Shown here: positions 36,357 through 50,400 of the stretch, piece after piece
How positions within the stretch are numbered: the stretch's first letter is position 1
How the letters are laid out: each line of letters begins with the position of its first letter
Source: Mobula hypostoma
Lineage: Eukaryota
Direction of reading: 5' to 3'
NCBI RefSeq assembly: GCF_963921235.1
Contig: NC_086099.1
Location: forward strand, 27,032,001 to 27,096,000
DNA: 64,000 nt
The notes under the pieces: generated by a model
What the model was told of the DNA's origin: nothing
The model's database searches: none
What the model saw: the letters and a program-made list of their open reading frames with translations, nothing else
Translations under genes and position numbers: made by a program

Positions 36357-37689
36357 CCGAGGAAAACCCATACATTCCACAGGGAGGATGTACAAAGACT
36401 CCTTACAGAACAACACAAGAATTGAACTTCAAACTACGGAACGCCCCGAACTGTAATAGCGTCACACTAACCGCTACACCAACGTGGCACCCAAATAAAT
36501 GATATCTAGGCTATTCACTATTTTGCACATAAAGTGCATCACTTTTTAACAATTAACGCGTAAGAAATTTTAGTGCAAGTTCTGATTGGCAAGAATGATA
36601 TAGACACTGTCATCTCAGCAGAATTTTCACAGTACTTAAAGAAATTTGGGCCAAAATAATTTCATAGCAATAAACATTTATGTAGTTTAATTTCTACTTT
36701 AAGTAATCCATGTTTCCATTACAGATTGGAGAAATCAGCATGGCTGAATTTGCAACGTCTGAGTACTAGATCAGTACGCTAATTAATCCATTATAGTGCC
36801 AGTCACATGGAATGACATGAATACACTTTCTCTTTGAAGTAACATATCTTTAACCAGCTTATATGTACATTTTTCTGAGCGGATTTCACCAATATAATAG
36901 AATGCTAAATAATAGAGAACAATAAGTAAATCCATTAAGGAATTCAGAATAAATACTTCTATCCAATAACTGTGGTGAATTTAGAACATGCTCTGATGAG
37001 GAACAGTAGAGGTGAAGAACATAGACAGGGGAAGTACATGATAAGTGTACTGCATCTATACTTATGATTATATGAGAAAGAAAGTAACAGATAGACAAGT
37101 ATATGAGAAAGAATGTAACAGGATCCATTAATGGGATTCTACGATTGAGTGGGCAGATGAAACATGAATGAATGTGTAAGACCTGAATGGACCTACACTG
37201 CACTTTCTCTGTAACTGTATAGCACTGTATTCTGAATTCAGTTTCCTTTTATTACCTTGATGTACTTAGGTATGGAATGTTCTGTCTGGATGGCACACTA
37301 ACAAAAGCTTTTCACTGTATCTCAGTTTCTATGAGCAAGATAGGTACCTTTCACCTCAGAGTATAGTTCAGAAGTTGGGGTAATATCAATGCGTAGTGGT
37401 AGCTGACAACAAACTCATTGTGAGATAGGCGTAACTCTAGGCTAATGTGTCAGTCTGATCATGTCTCATGTCCCAGTTACAGTTTAGTATTACAGTCACG
37501 TGGCATAATGTCAAAGATAAACATATGCAGGTTGTTGTAGATTTAATATTTAATTGAAAATAAGAGTTTACTATATGACTTGTTCTTTTCTTCCTGAGTT
37601 TTGTTTTCAGGATTGCTCAATCATATTCACAATGATTTTAGTCAGTAAAGTCTCCACAATAAGCCCCCAAGCTATGTGCACTGACATGG

Positions 37690-37998
37690 TAACCCAGAAG
37701 GTAGCACAATGCCTTACAGCACCAGCAGCCAGAGATCAGGGTACAATTCCTGCCATTGTCTGTAAGGAGTTTGTATGTTCTCCTCGTGACCACATGAGCT
37801 TCCTGCGGCTCTTCAGCTTTCTCGCATACAGGTTAGGGGTAGTAAGTTGTTGGCATGCTATTTTGGCACTGGAAGCGCAGCTGCACTTGCAGGCTGCCCT
37901 CAGAACATCCTCAGTCTGTGTTGGTCATTGACGCAAATGATGCATTTCACTGTATGATTCCGTGTTTTGATATACATGTGACAAATAAAGCTAATTTT
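37690..37998 (+). mobile_element. HE1-like V-SINE
   Basis: GGAGTTTGTATGTTCTCCTCGTGACC V-domain and 3' end CATGTGACAAATAAAGCTAAT. Confidence 0.75.
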
Positions 37999-38079
37999 TA
38001 ATCACTGATATTGTTAACATCATCAGTGAAACCATTATTGCAGATCCTTCTCATATAAACACCCTACATGATATTTCCT

Positions 38080-38353
38080 ATTGTGCAGGTGTCAAAGACC
38101 AGAGGATACAGCTTCAGAATACAATGATGTAACTTTAGAACAGAGATGAGGAAGAATTTCTTTAGCCGGAGGATGGTGGATCTGAGAAGTCCATTGCCAG
38201 AGACCCAGTCAGCTGTGGAGGCCAAGTCATTGGATGTATTTAAAGCAGAGGCTGATAGGTTCTTGATCAGTAGGGGCATCAAAGAAAAAGACAGGAGAAT
38301 GGGGATAAGAAGGATAATAAATCAGCCATGATGGAATGGCAGAGCAGACTTGA
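38080..38353 (+). mobile_element. CR1 3' fragment (host of the next insertion; resumes at about 41045-41090)
   Basis: RKNFFSRRMVDL...AVEAKSLDVFKAEADRFL; the 3' UTR continues after the nested element. Confidence 0.8.
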
Positions 38354-41041
38354 TCCATAAGACCATAAGACCATAAGACATAGGAGCAGAATTAGGCCAT
38401 ATGGCCCATCGAGTCTGCTCTGCCATTTAATCATGGCTGATCCTTCTTTTTTCCCTCAATCCCATTTCCCGGCTTTCTCCCTGTAATCTTTGATGCTATG
38501 TCCAATCAAAAACCTATCAATCTCTGCCTTAAATACACCCAATGACTTGGCTTCCACAGCTGTATGTGTCAACAAATTCCACAAATTCACCACCCCGTGG
38601 CTATAGAAATTTCTCCACATCTCTGTTTTGAATGAACACCCCTCTATACTGAGGCTGTGCCCTCTTGTCCGAGACTCTCCCACTATGGGAAACATCCTTT
38701 CCACATCTGCTCTGTCTAGGCCTTTCAACATTCAAAAGGTTTCAATGAGATCCCCCCCTCATCCTTCTAAATTAGTGACCCAGAGCCATCAATTGTTCCT
38801 CGTATGACACCTTTTCATACCTGGAATCATCCTTGTGAACCTCCTCTGGACCCTCTCCAATGCCAGCATATCACTTCTAAGATGAGGAGCCCAAAACTGT
38901 ACACAATACTCAAGGTGAGGTCTCACCAGTACCTTATAAAGCCTCAGCATCACATCCTTGCTCTTGTATTCTAGACCTCTTAAAATTGAATGTTACATGG
39001 CATTTGCCTTCCTCACCACCTACTCAACCTGCAAATTAACCTTCGGAGTGTTCTGCACAAGGACTCCCAAGTCCCTTTGCAGCTCAGATTTTTGTATTTT
39101 CTCCCTGTTTAGAAAATAGTCTGCACATTTATTTCTACTACCGAAGTGCATGACCATGCATTTTCCAAAATTGTATTTCATTTGCCACTTACTTGCCCAT
39201 TCTTCCAATCTATCTAAGTCCTTCTGCATCCTACCTGTTTCCTCAACACTTCCTGCTCCTCCACCAATCTTCATATGATCTGCAAACTTGGCAACAAAGC
39301 CATCTATTTCATCATCTAAATCACTTATATACAGCATAAAAAGAAGTGGTCCCAACACCGACCCCTGCAGAACACCACTAGTCACTAGCAGCCAACCAGC
39401 CAAGGATCCTTTTATTCCCACTCGCTGTCTCCTACCAATCAGCCAATGCTCTAACCATCATAGTAACTTTCCTGTAACACCACAGGTTCTTAACTTGGTA
39501 AGCAGCCTCATGTGTGGCACCTTGTCAAAAGCCTTCTGAAAGTCCAAATATACAACATCCACTGCATCCCCTTTATCTATCCTACTTGTAATCTCCTCAA
39601 AGAATTCCAACAGGTTCGTCAGGCAGGATTTCCCCCCAAGGAAACTATGCTGACTTTGTCCTATCTCGTCCTGTGTCACCAAGTACTCCATCACCTCGTC
39701 CTTAATTGACTCTAACATCCTCCCAGCCACTGAGGTCAGGCTAACTGGTCTATAATTTCCTTTCTGCTGCCTTCCTCCTTTCTTAAAGAGAGGAGTGATG
39801 TTTGCAATTTTCCAGTCCTCTGACACCATGCCAGAGTCCAATGATTTTTGAAAGATCATTTCTAATGCTACCACAATCTCTAATGCTACCTCTTTCAGAA
39901 CCCTGGGGTGCAGTTCATCTGGTCCGGGTCACTTATGTACCTTTAGGTCTTTCAGCTTTTTGAGCACCTTCTCTCTTGTAATAGTAACTGCACCCACTTC
40001 TCTTCCTTCACACACTACAACTTCTGGCACACTGCTTCACTGTCTTCCACAGTGAAGACTGATGCAAAATACTCATCTAGTTCATCTGCCATCTCCTTGT
40101 CCCCCGTTACTATTTCTCCTGCCTCATTTTCTAATGGTCCTATATCCACTCTCATCTCTATTTTATTTTTTACATACTTGAAAAATCCTTTACTATCTAC
40201 TTTGATATTATTTGCTAGCTAGCTTTCATTTTCCATTTTTTCCCTTCTAACGCTTCTTTTAGTTGCTTTCTGTAGGTTTTTAAAAGCTTCCCAAATCCTC
40301 TGTCTTCCCACTAATTTTTTCATTTTTGTATGCCCTCTCTTTTGTTTTTGCATTAGCTTTGACTTCTCTTGTCAGCCACAGTTGTACTATTTTGCCATTT
40401 GAGTATCTCTTCACCTTTGGAATACACATGTCCTTCACCTTCCTTATTTTTACCAGAAATGCACGCCATTACTGCTCTGCTGACATCCCTGCCAAGAGCT
40501 CCTTCCAATTTACTTTGAACAACTCCTCTCTCATGCCACTGTAATTTCCCTTACTCTACTGATATGCTGCTACATCAGACTTTACTTTCTCCCTGTCAGA
40601 TTTCAAGTTGAACTCAATCATATTGTGATCACTGGTTCTGAAGGGTTCTTTTACCTTAACCTCCCTAATTGCCTCCAGTTCATTACATAACACCCAATCC
40701 AGTATAGTTGATCCCCTAGCAGGCTCAAAAGCAAACTGCTCTAAAAAGCCATCTCTTAGGCATTCAACAAACTCACTCTCTTGAGAGCCATTACCAACCT
40801 GTTTTTCCCAAAAAATTTGCATGTTATAATCTCTCATGACTATCATAACATTGCCCTTTTGACATGCCTTTTCTATTTCCTTTTGTAATCTGTGGTCCAC
40901 CTCCCAGCCACTGTTGGGAGGCCTGTATATAACTTCCATTAGGGTCCTTTTACCCTGCAGTTTTTTAACTCAGCCCACAAGGTTTCAACATCTCCGATCC
41001 TATGTCACATCTTTCTACTGATTTGATTCCATTCTTTACTA
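38354..41041 (-). mobile_element. CR1 (HER1-like) LINE, ~2.7 kb, endonuclease plus RT
   Basis: (CCATAAGA)3 tail on the plus strand. ORFs IYRPPNS, LDWVLCN..SDHNMIEF, GNYRPVSLTS, YLDFQKAFDKVPH, SGVLQGSVLGP and KFADH. Confidence 0.95.
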
Positions 41042-42540
41042 GAATTGAGCCAAATGGCCGAATTCTGCTCCTCTGTCTTATGTTCTTCTCCTCTCTTCCA
41101 TTAAATAGTGGAAAATCAGCAAAACTTGCTTTGTGTTGTGGCTCAGAATTGCACTTTAATTAGAAAAAAAAAACACACACATGTCTAACATATACTCCTA
41201 TTTGGCCCCTCTGTTCGTTTTCCAGCCTGAAATAAATAAGCTGAGTTAAAGATACCTCTGGTACAAGAAGAACATGTTATGTTCAGACATGGTCTCAGCT
41301 GCAGATGGCTTCAGGGACATTAGCAGCTGTGGTGGAAGAAAAAAAAACAAAGGAAAGAGGGTAAAGCAAACGATAATTAAATAAAAATACTTAAATACGT
41401 ATGGGCATCTTCTTGATTTCTGGAAATAATAAATGCCATACCTCCTGTGAAAGAGATTCAGGTGATAATAGTACATACTCCATGCCCTGAGCCCTTCCTG
41501 AAGAATACATAGACACCAGTAACTCACATCAGTGAACAACACTGACAAAGCTCTTCCTCAGTCTCTGCAGGCTGCTGAAATGTGATGTGCAGCATCAGGT
41601 GGATTAAGAAGGATCTCTCTGCTTCAAGCTGGGTTTTTGGCAATTGTCCATCTACACTATTCAAACCCTGTAAGATTTTAAGCATGAATAAAGAGTTGAT
41701 GTTAGCAAAAAGCTGACCTGCTTATAATCTCTTGTCTGCTCCTAAAAATTTCCAGATGTCAGGACTCTGGCCCATGTCCACTAGACTTTGTGAAACTCAT
41801 AGGAACATTTGGTAGTCATGTGAGCTACTTTGTATGTGTGCCTGTGTGTCTGCGTTTGTGTGTGTGTCTCTGTGTATATGCGATTTATTAATTTTTCCAC
41901 ATGCAAATTCAGTTTTCACTAATGGTAATATGGGTCTCGATATAATGAGCTAGTTTTACTGAACAAATTTCAACACATCAGATTCCATCATTGGCGTATT
42001 TGTGCTTCAACCACCAAATATTAAAGCATTAAAACAGATATCAGGCACTGACACAGGTTGAATCAGTTCAAAACTTAATCTTGTGAAACTATTGTAAATG
42101 CACCACATGACCTGTGTAGCTGACAGAAACATGATAGCCATCTGTTCGGCTTTGAGTGGGCTGCTTGAAACGCAAGCTGTACTCCATGAGTTAGTGACTT
42201 ACATCTAAAGGCACTTCCAGTGGAACAAAACTGTTGATTATTATCAGGTACCTCAATAAATGTTCATGGGCAGCATAAAATCCTTACTTTCGATTTTGGT
42301 AATAGCAGCACCTCATCACTTAGTACATCTTCTGGACTACTTTTCAACTCTATCTTATTGCAGCAATTAATAGTTTTATCACCAGACCTAAATATATGGA
42401 CATGATAAATGTCAACCACAGACCTGCGGTAAATGTTAGTAATGGGGCAATTAAGAGCCTGGCTTCAATTTCACTAAACTCATTAAGTTTTGTTAGAAAG
42501 CAGTTAATAACAATCTGAACAGAGAGCTTGCAATAAGATA

Positions 42541-42910
42541 GACTCATTGGACACTTTATTTGGTACCTCTTGTGTCCAATAAAGTGGCCACTGAGTGTAT
42601 ATTCTGCTGCTATAGCCCACCCACTTCAAAGTTCAATGTGTTGTGCATTCAGAGATGTTCTTCTACACACCATTGTTGTAACACATGTTGATTTGAGTTC
42701 CCGAGATACTCAAATCAGCCCGTCAGGCACCAACAATGATTCCACAATCAAAGTCACTTAGATCACATTTCTTCCCCATTTCAATGCTTCGTCTGAACCT
42801 CTTGACCAAACCTATACGCTTTTATGCATGGAGCTGCTGCTACATGATTGGCTGATGTTTCATGATCTGCATCAATGAACGGGTGTACCTAATAAAGCGG
42901 TAACTGAGTG
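42541..42910 (-). mobile_element. Tc1 deletion derivative
   Basis: TA-flanked TIRs; same family as 9445-10011 with an internal deletion. Confidence 0.85.
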
Positions 42911-43929
42911 TACTTCGTGGGTTTTCACTCACGAAAATGAAGTTTTGGATGTCACCATAAAGTACAGTATACTTCAACAACACTAATTTTTAGCAAAAAC
43001 TCTCCAGGTGAAGTTGAATATCCATTAACTGCTTTTAAGATAAGTCGAGCTATCAGCATGGAAGCATTAACTTCTAAACTTTTTTTTATTAGTTGGACTT
43101 TAAAATTGTAATTACCATGTACAAATTATCAATTCATACTTGGTATTTAACTAATGAAGCTGGCAGTGCAGTCATTTCAATTTAAATTTGATTGGAGAAT
43201 GACAAACTATTAACAACGATGCAAAACGCTATTAAGAAAGGGCACCTGAATTAAACCAGTCAAACTGACAGCACTGGGCTTTTTTATGGAACTAATATTT
43301 GCTGATGGTACAGACTACTAAGTTAAAACTTGCTTAATGATGCATTTAGTCATTCTGTGATGCTATAAGACTTTGAGAAGTTTAACATTATATTATGCAG
43401 TAACAGAAATGATATAGCCACCTCTCCAAGTTTAGACAAATGTAAGATGGATACCAAATTGCTATCATCCATTTCATATCATCACACAGTCAACAGATCT
43501 CAGTCATTTTAAAGCTCAGAGTGCATTTTTCACTGAGGTAGATAATTACAAGGGAACAAAGCATCATGTCAGACCTCTACAAGAAAATGAAGCAACCTGA
43601 ATCAGTTGCTTAACCAAATTATTTTGTATTAACTTGCGCATGAAGGAAACATTGTTCACAGTACAAATACTATATTGACAGATGGAATGAGCACATGTTT
43701 AAAAAAGCGCAATGTGGTGGTTAAGTCTGATACTTTCCAGAATAAGATGGCCGATTGTTGATTTTGTATTGTAGGATACATAGTTGTGGTTATTAGTTAG
43801 GAGGAAACATCACAAGAGTTTTTGGCTAATCTCTATCAGAAAGAACACCACCTAATTGATGTGTTATTTGGAGTTCAAGGAAGGTACTGGAGACATTTGC
43901 TGATTCTGGCCAGGAATTTAAACATAGAA

Positions 43930-44205
43930 TGGTAAGGTAGCATATTGGATACCACAAAGCTTTACAGTACAGGCGACCTGGGTTCAATTCCCACCCCAGC
44001 CTGTAAAGAGTTTGTACATTCTCCCCATTGGACGTAAGAGTTTCCTCCACGTGCTCCGGTTTCCTCCCACAGTCCAAAGACATATCGATTGGTAGGTTAA
44101 TTTGTCATTGTAAATTGTTCCGTGATTAGGCTAGTATTAATTCGTGGGTTGCTGGGCAGTGTGGCTCAAAGGGCCAGAAGAGGTTATTCTCACTAAATAA
44201 ATAAA
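43930..44205 (+). mobile_element. HE1-like V-SINE
   Basis: GGTTCAATTCC B-box, TGCTCCGGTTTCCTCCCACAGTCCAAAGAC V-domain and (AAAT)n tail. Confidence 0.8.
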
Positions 44206-44454
44206 CATGGAACATTACAGCACAGTACAGGCCATTCAGCCCATGATGTGCCAAACTTTTAACCTATTCTAAGATCATTCTAATCCATCCCTCCTACATA
44301 ACCCTCCATTTTTCTATCATCCATGCGCCTATCTACAAGGTTCCTAAATGCCCCTAATGGATTTACTGACTTACTGCCAGTCTGTTGATCTGAAGTTGAG
44401 TATGTGTCTTCAAGCTCCTGTACCTCCCCATTTATTGAAGCAAAGAATGCAGGG

Positions 44455-45047
44455 AACACACATAAAAATTGCTGGTGAATGCAGCGGACCAGGCAGCATC
44501 TCTAGGAAGAGGTACAGTCGACGTTTCGGGCCGAGATCCTTCGTCAGGACTAACTGAAAGAAGAGCTAGTAAGAGATTTGAAAGTGGGAGGGGGAGGGGG
44601 AGATCCAAAATGATAGGAGAAGACAGGAGGGGGAGGGATGGAGCCAAGAGTTGGACAGTTGATTGGCAAAAGAGATATGAGAGGATCATGGGACAGGAGG
44701 TCTAGGGTGAAAGAAAGGGGGAGGGGGGAAGCCCAGAGGATGGGCAAGAAGTATAAAGAAGTATAGTGAGAGAGACAGAGGGAGAAAAAGGAGAGAGAGA
44801 GAAAAAGAATACATATATATATATATAAATAAATAACGGATGGGGTACGTCAGGGAGGTGGGGCATTAGCGGAAGTTTGAGAAGTCAATGTTCATGCCAT
44901 TGGGTTGGAGGCTACCCAGACGGAATATAAGGTGTTGTTCCTCCAACCTGAGTGTGGCTTCATCTTTACAGTAGAGGAGGCCGTAGATAGACATATCAGA
45001 ATGGGAATGGGACGTGGAATTAAAATGATGACATATCAGAATGGGAA
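44455..45047 (-). mobile_element. 5'-truncated Neptune-type PLE copy
   Basis: Reverse complement of about 18128-18677, with a short 18-bp duplication GACATATCAGAATGGGAA at the truncated end. Confidence 0.9.
44515..44556 (-). ncRNA. Minimal hammerhead ribozyme motif
   Basis: The minus strand reads AGTC-CTGACGA-AGGATCTCGGCCC-GAAAC-GTC-GACT. Core and stem I are intact. Confidence 0.8.
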
Positions 45048-45929
45048 AGAATACAAGGCATGTCCTGGGTGATGGGGATCCTTAATGATGGGTGCTGCCT
45101 TTTGGCAGCATTGTCTTCTGAAGATGTCCTGGATGCTCGGGAGGCTCGTGCCCAAAAAGGAGTTGGCTGAGTTTGCAACCTTCTGCAGCTTTTTCTGATT
45201 CTGTGCAGTGGCCCCTCCATTACAGGCAGTGATGTATCCAGTTAATGCTCCCCTTGGTACATCTGTAGAAATTTACTTGTATCTTTAGTGAGTTTGAAGG
45301 GTTTTAGTATGTCGCCTGGAGCTGGTGGAGGCCAACTTTTCGATAACATTCCAGTTCATCTAAAACATTCCTCATCTCCATTTTAAAAATGAACTGTTGG
45401 CTGCCTGTAAGGTAACACCAAAATCTCCATTATTTTATACTCCACATCCTTTGCTCCAAATGCCAGCATTGCTTGTAACATATTTCATGCACTATGACCC
45501 CCAAATCCTTTTGCAACACAACATATTGTAGACTCATTCTGTCTAAATAATAATTTGCTTTTTCATTCTTCCTTTTGAACTGGATAACCCCATATTTTCC
45601 CACATTATACTCCATATGGCAACTTCTTATTAACTCCTATAACCTAAGGATATAGAAGTTAAGCAGTTTGTGGAAAATTGCCAGTCTTTGTGATCAAAGA
45701 TAATGAAGGTTTAAAAAAAAATCAGATGAACTCCGTTGTACAGTATAAAGCATAGATTTGTAGAATGACTTGAAATATAAGAAAAGTAAAGCAGAAAGCA
45801 TGAATTGGTTCAAGAGACAATCTCAAATATGTTTCTGAAGGAGATCCTCTAGGGCATTATTGTGGGTAGAGCTAATACAAGAAGCAATAAAATCTTTTCC
45901 TATATAAAGTTCTTAAACAAGTTTAATGA

Positions 45930-46545
45930 ATGGCATGATAGAGTAGCGGTTAGCACGTCATTTTTCATTCCCAGCGATCATCGACCGGGGTACATTTCAC
46001 ATGCTTATCTGTAAGGAGTTTCTCTGTTCTCACCTTGACCATGAGGGTTTCTTCTAGATGCTTCCCCTCATTCCAAAGACGTACATTTAGGACTAGGCTT
46101 GGTGAGTTGTGGGCAATGCTATGCTGGCACTGGAAGGATAGCAACTCTAGCGGGCTGTCCGCAGCACAAGCATTGGGCTGTGTTGATAGTTGATACCAAA
46201 TGATGCATTTCACTGCACATTTCGATGTTTCATTTGTTTACTTATTTATTTAGTGATAGAGTGCGGCGTAGGTTCTTCCAGATCTTCAAGCCGCAGTATC
46301 CCAGCAACGCCACAACCCCGAATTAACCCAAACCTAATCACAAGACAATTTACCAATTGACCAATTAAACTATCCAGTACACCTTTTGACTGCCGGAGGA
46401 AACCAGAGCACCTGGGAAAACCCATGTATTCCACGGGGTGGACGTACAGAGACTCCTTACAGAACAGTGCTGGACTTGAACTCTGAACTCTGGAACACCC
46501 TAAGATGTAAAGACCTTGCACTAGCTGCTATGTTATCTGTGGTAC
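45930..46545. mobile_element. Two tail-to-tail V-SINEs (45930-46230 on +, 46240-46545 on -)
   Basis: V-domain motifs on opposite strands with converging 3' ends. Confidence 0.7.
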
Positions 46546-48149
46546 CCATATTCTGATGCATGTGACAAGTAACGTTAATTGTTTTGAAAATCAAAGGGAA
46601 GAACAATTCTGGTGGCATGGTCATTAATGACACTAAGCTATATATTAACCCGAGATGGCACAAACAGACAAAACTAAAAACTAAAACTACGTGAGCAAAA
46701 CTTGCACATTTTATGATTTAAAAATTGGGAGTATCAAATCTTTAGCAAAAGCAAAGAACATTGACCTGGTGAATTCAGCTATTTGTCAAAATGGTTATTG
46801 AGAAAAGACTCAGGAAGACAACACATTAGCAAGTGTCAGGATCAATAAATAGATGTACAGCCCCAGTCAGATAGTCTATTAAGTAAACTTCATTACCTTA
46901 GGAAGTTTAGACCCCACTTGGCAGAATGAACTAAACCAAAATCATGATGGCATCAGAGTTTCTTCCCAAACATGCAAAGGATAATTCAGTGCCCTGAAGC
47001 ATAACACTTGAAAGATTAAATTAGAGAAAACTCCAGTGATCCATGAAAAAATAACTTGAAGCAAAAGAGGAATGATGCTTTCTTGAGATTAAACCTGAAT
47101 GTCTACTGAAAGATCCTCTAAATAAGGTGACCATTAGATTTTGTACTATCAAACTATTCAAAACCTGAGCATTTCATGAAACAGTTAATTAATCCTAATA
47201 GTGATTTTGCATTAGGCAAACTTCGTAGAAAACATGAGTGTGTACAATAAACTACCATGGAAGAAAGTCAAAGCAGAAAACATAAAAGGATTTAAGAGGC
47301 AATTAAATATATTCTGAAGATAAAAGAGTCTGCAAGCTCTCATGTGATGGCATTAGGCAGAGGCAAGGATTATTTCAGATATCGAGGGAACTGATTGATA
47401 AGGGATTTGTGCAGGAAAGATCACTGAGGTAAAGATCAGTCAAGATTATATTGAATGGCAGGCTAGACCCAAAAGATTAATTGGTCTAGTTTTGTTGCTA
47501 AACAAGCAAATGGAGCTTAGGGAATGAAGTATAAGTAAAACCAACAGTGTTTAGTAAATATCATGCCTGAGTATTCAAGGTTGACCGTGTGGATAAATTT
47601 TGGACATGGAAGCCATAAGGAAAGAACAATATCTTTAACCTCTCCTTACTTCTAATTGAGGTTCACACCTGCTTTAAGAAGATCGCTATCGTAGAATCAT
47701 AGAGCACTACAGCACAGAAACAGACCATTTGGCCCATCTATTCAATGCCAAATTATTATTGTGCCTAGATCCATCGACCTGCACCTAGACCATAGAACTC
47801 CATACCCCTCCCATCCATGAACTTATCCAAGCTTCTCTTAAATGTTGAAGTCAAACCTGCGTCCAGCACTACCACTGACAACTTGTTCCACATGTTGTCT
47901 ATACTCTGAATTTTGAAGTTCCCCCTTATGTTCCCCTAAACATTTCACCATTGAACCTTAACCTATGACCTCTAGTTCTAGTGTCACCAAACCTCAGTAG
48001 TAAAAGCCTGCTTGCATTTACCCTTACATCTCAGTATTTAAGAAAAACAAGGTAATGAGCCTTCAATACTCCCATCCAGTGGCTTACCAGCTTTGAGATG
48101 CTGGTTGAGCCACACATCAACCATGCAGACAACCTCAGCCCACTGCAGT

Positions 48150-50400
48150 TTCTTCTACCTCCAAAACAGGTCTCCACTGGATGCCATCTCCTTGTCCCTA
48201 TGCTCGCCTCTGCAGGATGAGGACACCTATGTTAAACTATTATTTATTGACTATAGCTCAGTCTTTATACCAGCAATTTCAAATATACTTGTAGATATGG
48301 GTCTTTAAAAATCTCTGCATCTTGATCCTTGACTTCCGGACCAACAGACTGCAGTCAGTGAGGTTAGACAGCAACACCTCCACCACAGCACTGCTGCCTT
48401 GCGAGGCTGCATCCTAGGCTCCCTATGCTCATGACTGTGTGGACAGATTTTGCTCTAATTCCATCTACAAGTTTGTACCATAGTGGACCGAATATCAGAT
48501 AACGATGATTTGGAGTACAGGAAGAAGACAAGGAGCCTAGTGGCATAGTGTCATGATAACAACCTTTTCCTCAATGTCAGTAAAACAACAGAGCTGGTCA
48601 TAGACTTCAGGAAGGTGGGTGGGCACCCATGCTCCTGTTTACATCAATGGTGCTGAGGTCGAGAGGGATGTGTCCTTCAACTTCCCAGCAGTAGACATGA
48701 ACAATAACTTGTCCTTATCCAACCACGTACACACCGCAGCCAAGAATATTCAGAAGCACCTCTTCTTCCACAGAAGTTTTGAACACCTGCAGTTTTTATC
48801 ATTGCACCTTATCCAGACACCTCATAGCCTGGTTTGGCAACTGTTTTGCCTGAGACCTCAAGAAAGTGCAGAGAGTTGAGGACTTAACACAGCACATCAT
48901 GAAAACCAGCCTCCCTTCCATAGACTCGACACTTCTCACTGCCTTGATGAAGCAACCAGCATAATCAGACCCCACCTACCCCTGACATTCTCTCTTCTAA
49001 CCCCCTCCCATTGATCAGAAGATACAAATCCTGAAAGCATGTACCAGCAGTCTTAAGGACAGCATCTATCCCGTTGTTATAAGACTATTGAAAGGTTTCT
49101 TAGTATGATAAGATGTACTTTTGACCTCAAATTGTACCTCGGTATGGCCTTGCACCTTATTATCTGCCTGTACTGCACTTTCTCTGTAACTGTATCACTT
49201 TAATCTGCAAACACGAGGAAATCTGCATATGCTGCAATTTCAAGCAACACACATAAAAATTGCTGGTAAACGCAGCAGGCCAGGCAGTATCTATAGGAAG
49301 AGGTACAGTCGACGTTTTGGGCCGAGACCCTTCGTCAGGACTAACTGAAAGAAGAGATAATAAGAGATTTGAATGTGGGAAGGGGAGGGGGAGATCTGAA
49401 ATGATAGGAGAAGAGAGGAGGGGGAGGGATGGAGCTAAGAGCTGGGAAGTTGATTGGCAAAAGGGATATGAGAGGATCATGGGATGAACAGGAGGCCTAG
49501 GGAGAAAGAAAGGGGGCGGGGGAAGCCCAGAGGACAGGCAAGGAGTACAGTGAGAGGGACAGAGGGAGAAAAAGGAGAGAGAGAAAAAAATAATAATAAA
49601 AGATAAATAAATAAGGGATGGGGTACGAAGGGGAGGTGGGGCATTAACAGAAGTTAGAGAAGTCAATGTTCATGCCATTAGGTTGGAGGCTACCCAGACA
49701 GAATATAAGGTGTTGTTCCTCCAACCTGAGTGTGGCTTCATCTTGACAGCAGAGGAGGCCGTGGATAGACATATCAGAATGGGAATGGGACGTGGAATTA
49801 TGTTCCATCTGGGTAGCCTCCAACCTGATGGCATGAACATTGACTTCTCCAACTTCTGTTAATGCCCCTCCTCCCCTTCATACCCCATCCCTTATTTATT
49901 TATCTTTTATTATTATTTTTTTTTCACTTTCTCCTTTTTCTCCCTCTGTCCCTCATATACTCCTTGCCCATCCTCTGGGCTTCCCCCCTCCCCCTTTCTT
50001 TCTCCCTAGGCCTCCCATCCCATGATCTTCTCATATCCCTTTTGCCAATCAACTGTCCAGCTCTTGGCTCCATCCCTCCCCCTCCTGTCTTCTCCTATCA
50101 TTTTGGATCTCCCCCTCCCCCTCCCACTTTCAAATCTCTTACTAGCTCTTCTTTCAGTTAGTCCCGACGAAGGGCCTCGGACCGAAACATCGACTGTACA
50201 TCTTCCTATAGAGCTGCCTGGCCTGCTGCGTTCACCAGCAATTTTTATGTGTGTCACTTTAATCTGCACTCTGTTGTTGCTTTCCCTTGTACCATCTCAA
50301 TGCACTGATGTGATGAAATGATCTATATGGATGGATGGCATGTAAAACAAAGTTTTTCACTGTACCTCTGTACATATGGGATTAATAAACCAATAAATAA
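48150..50400 (+). mobile_element. Rex1/Babar-type LINE fragment whose 3' UTR is split by the PLE fold-back
   Basis: [25 protein letters not shown] and LKDSIYP; the UTR resumes at 50254. Confidence 0.8.
49210..50253. mobile_element. Head-to-head inverted Penelope pair (49210-49800 on -, 49801-50253 on +)
   Basis: Exact 15-bp TSD TCACTTTAATCTGCA (49195-49209, 50254-50268). The ~450-bp inverted arms each carry a point-mutated hammerhead (49306-49347, 50155-50196). Confidence 0.92.
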
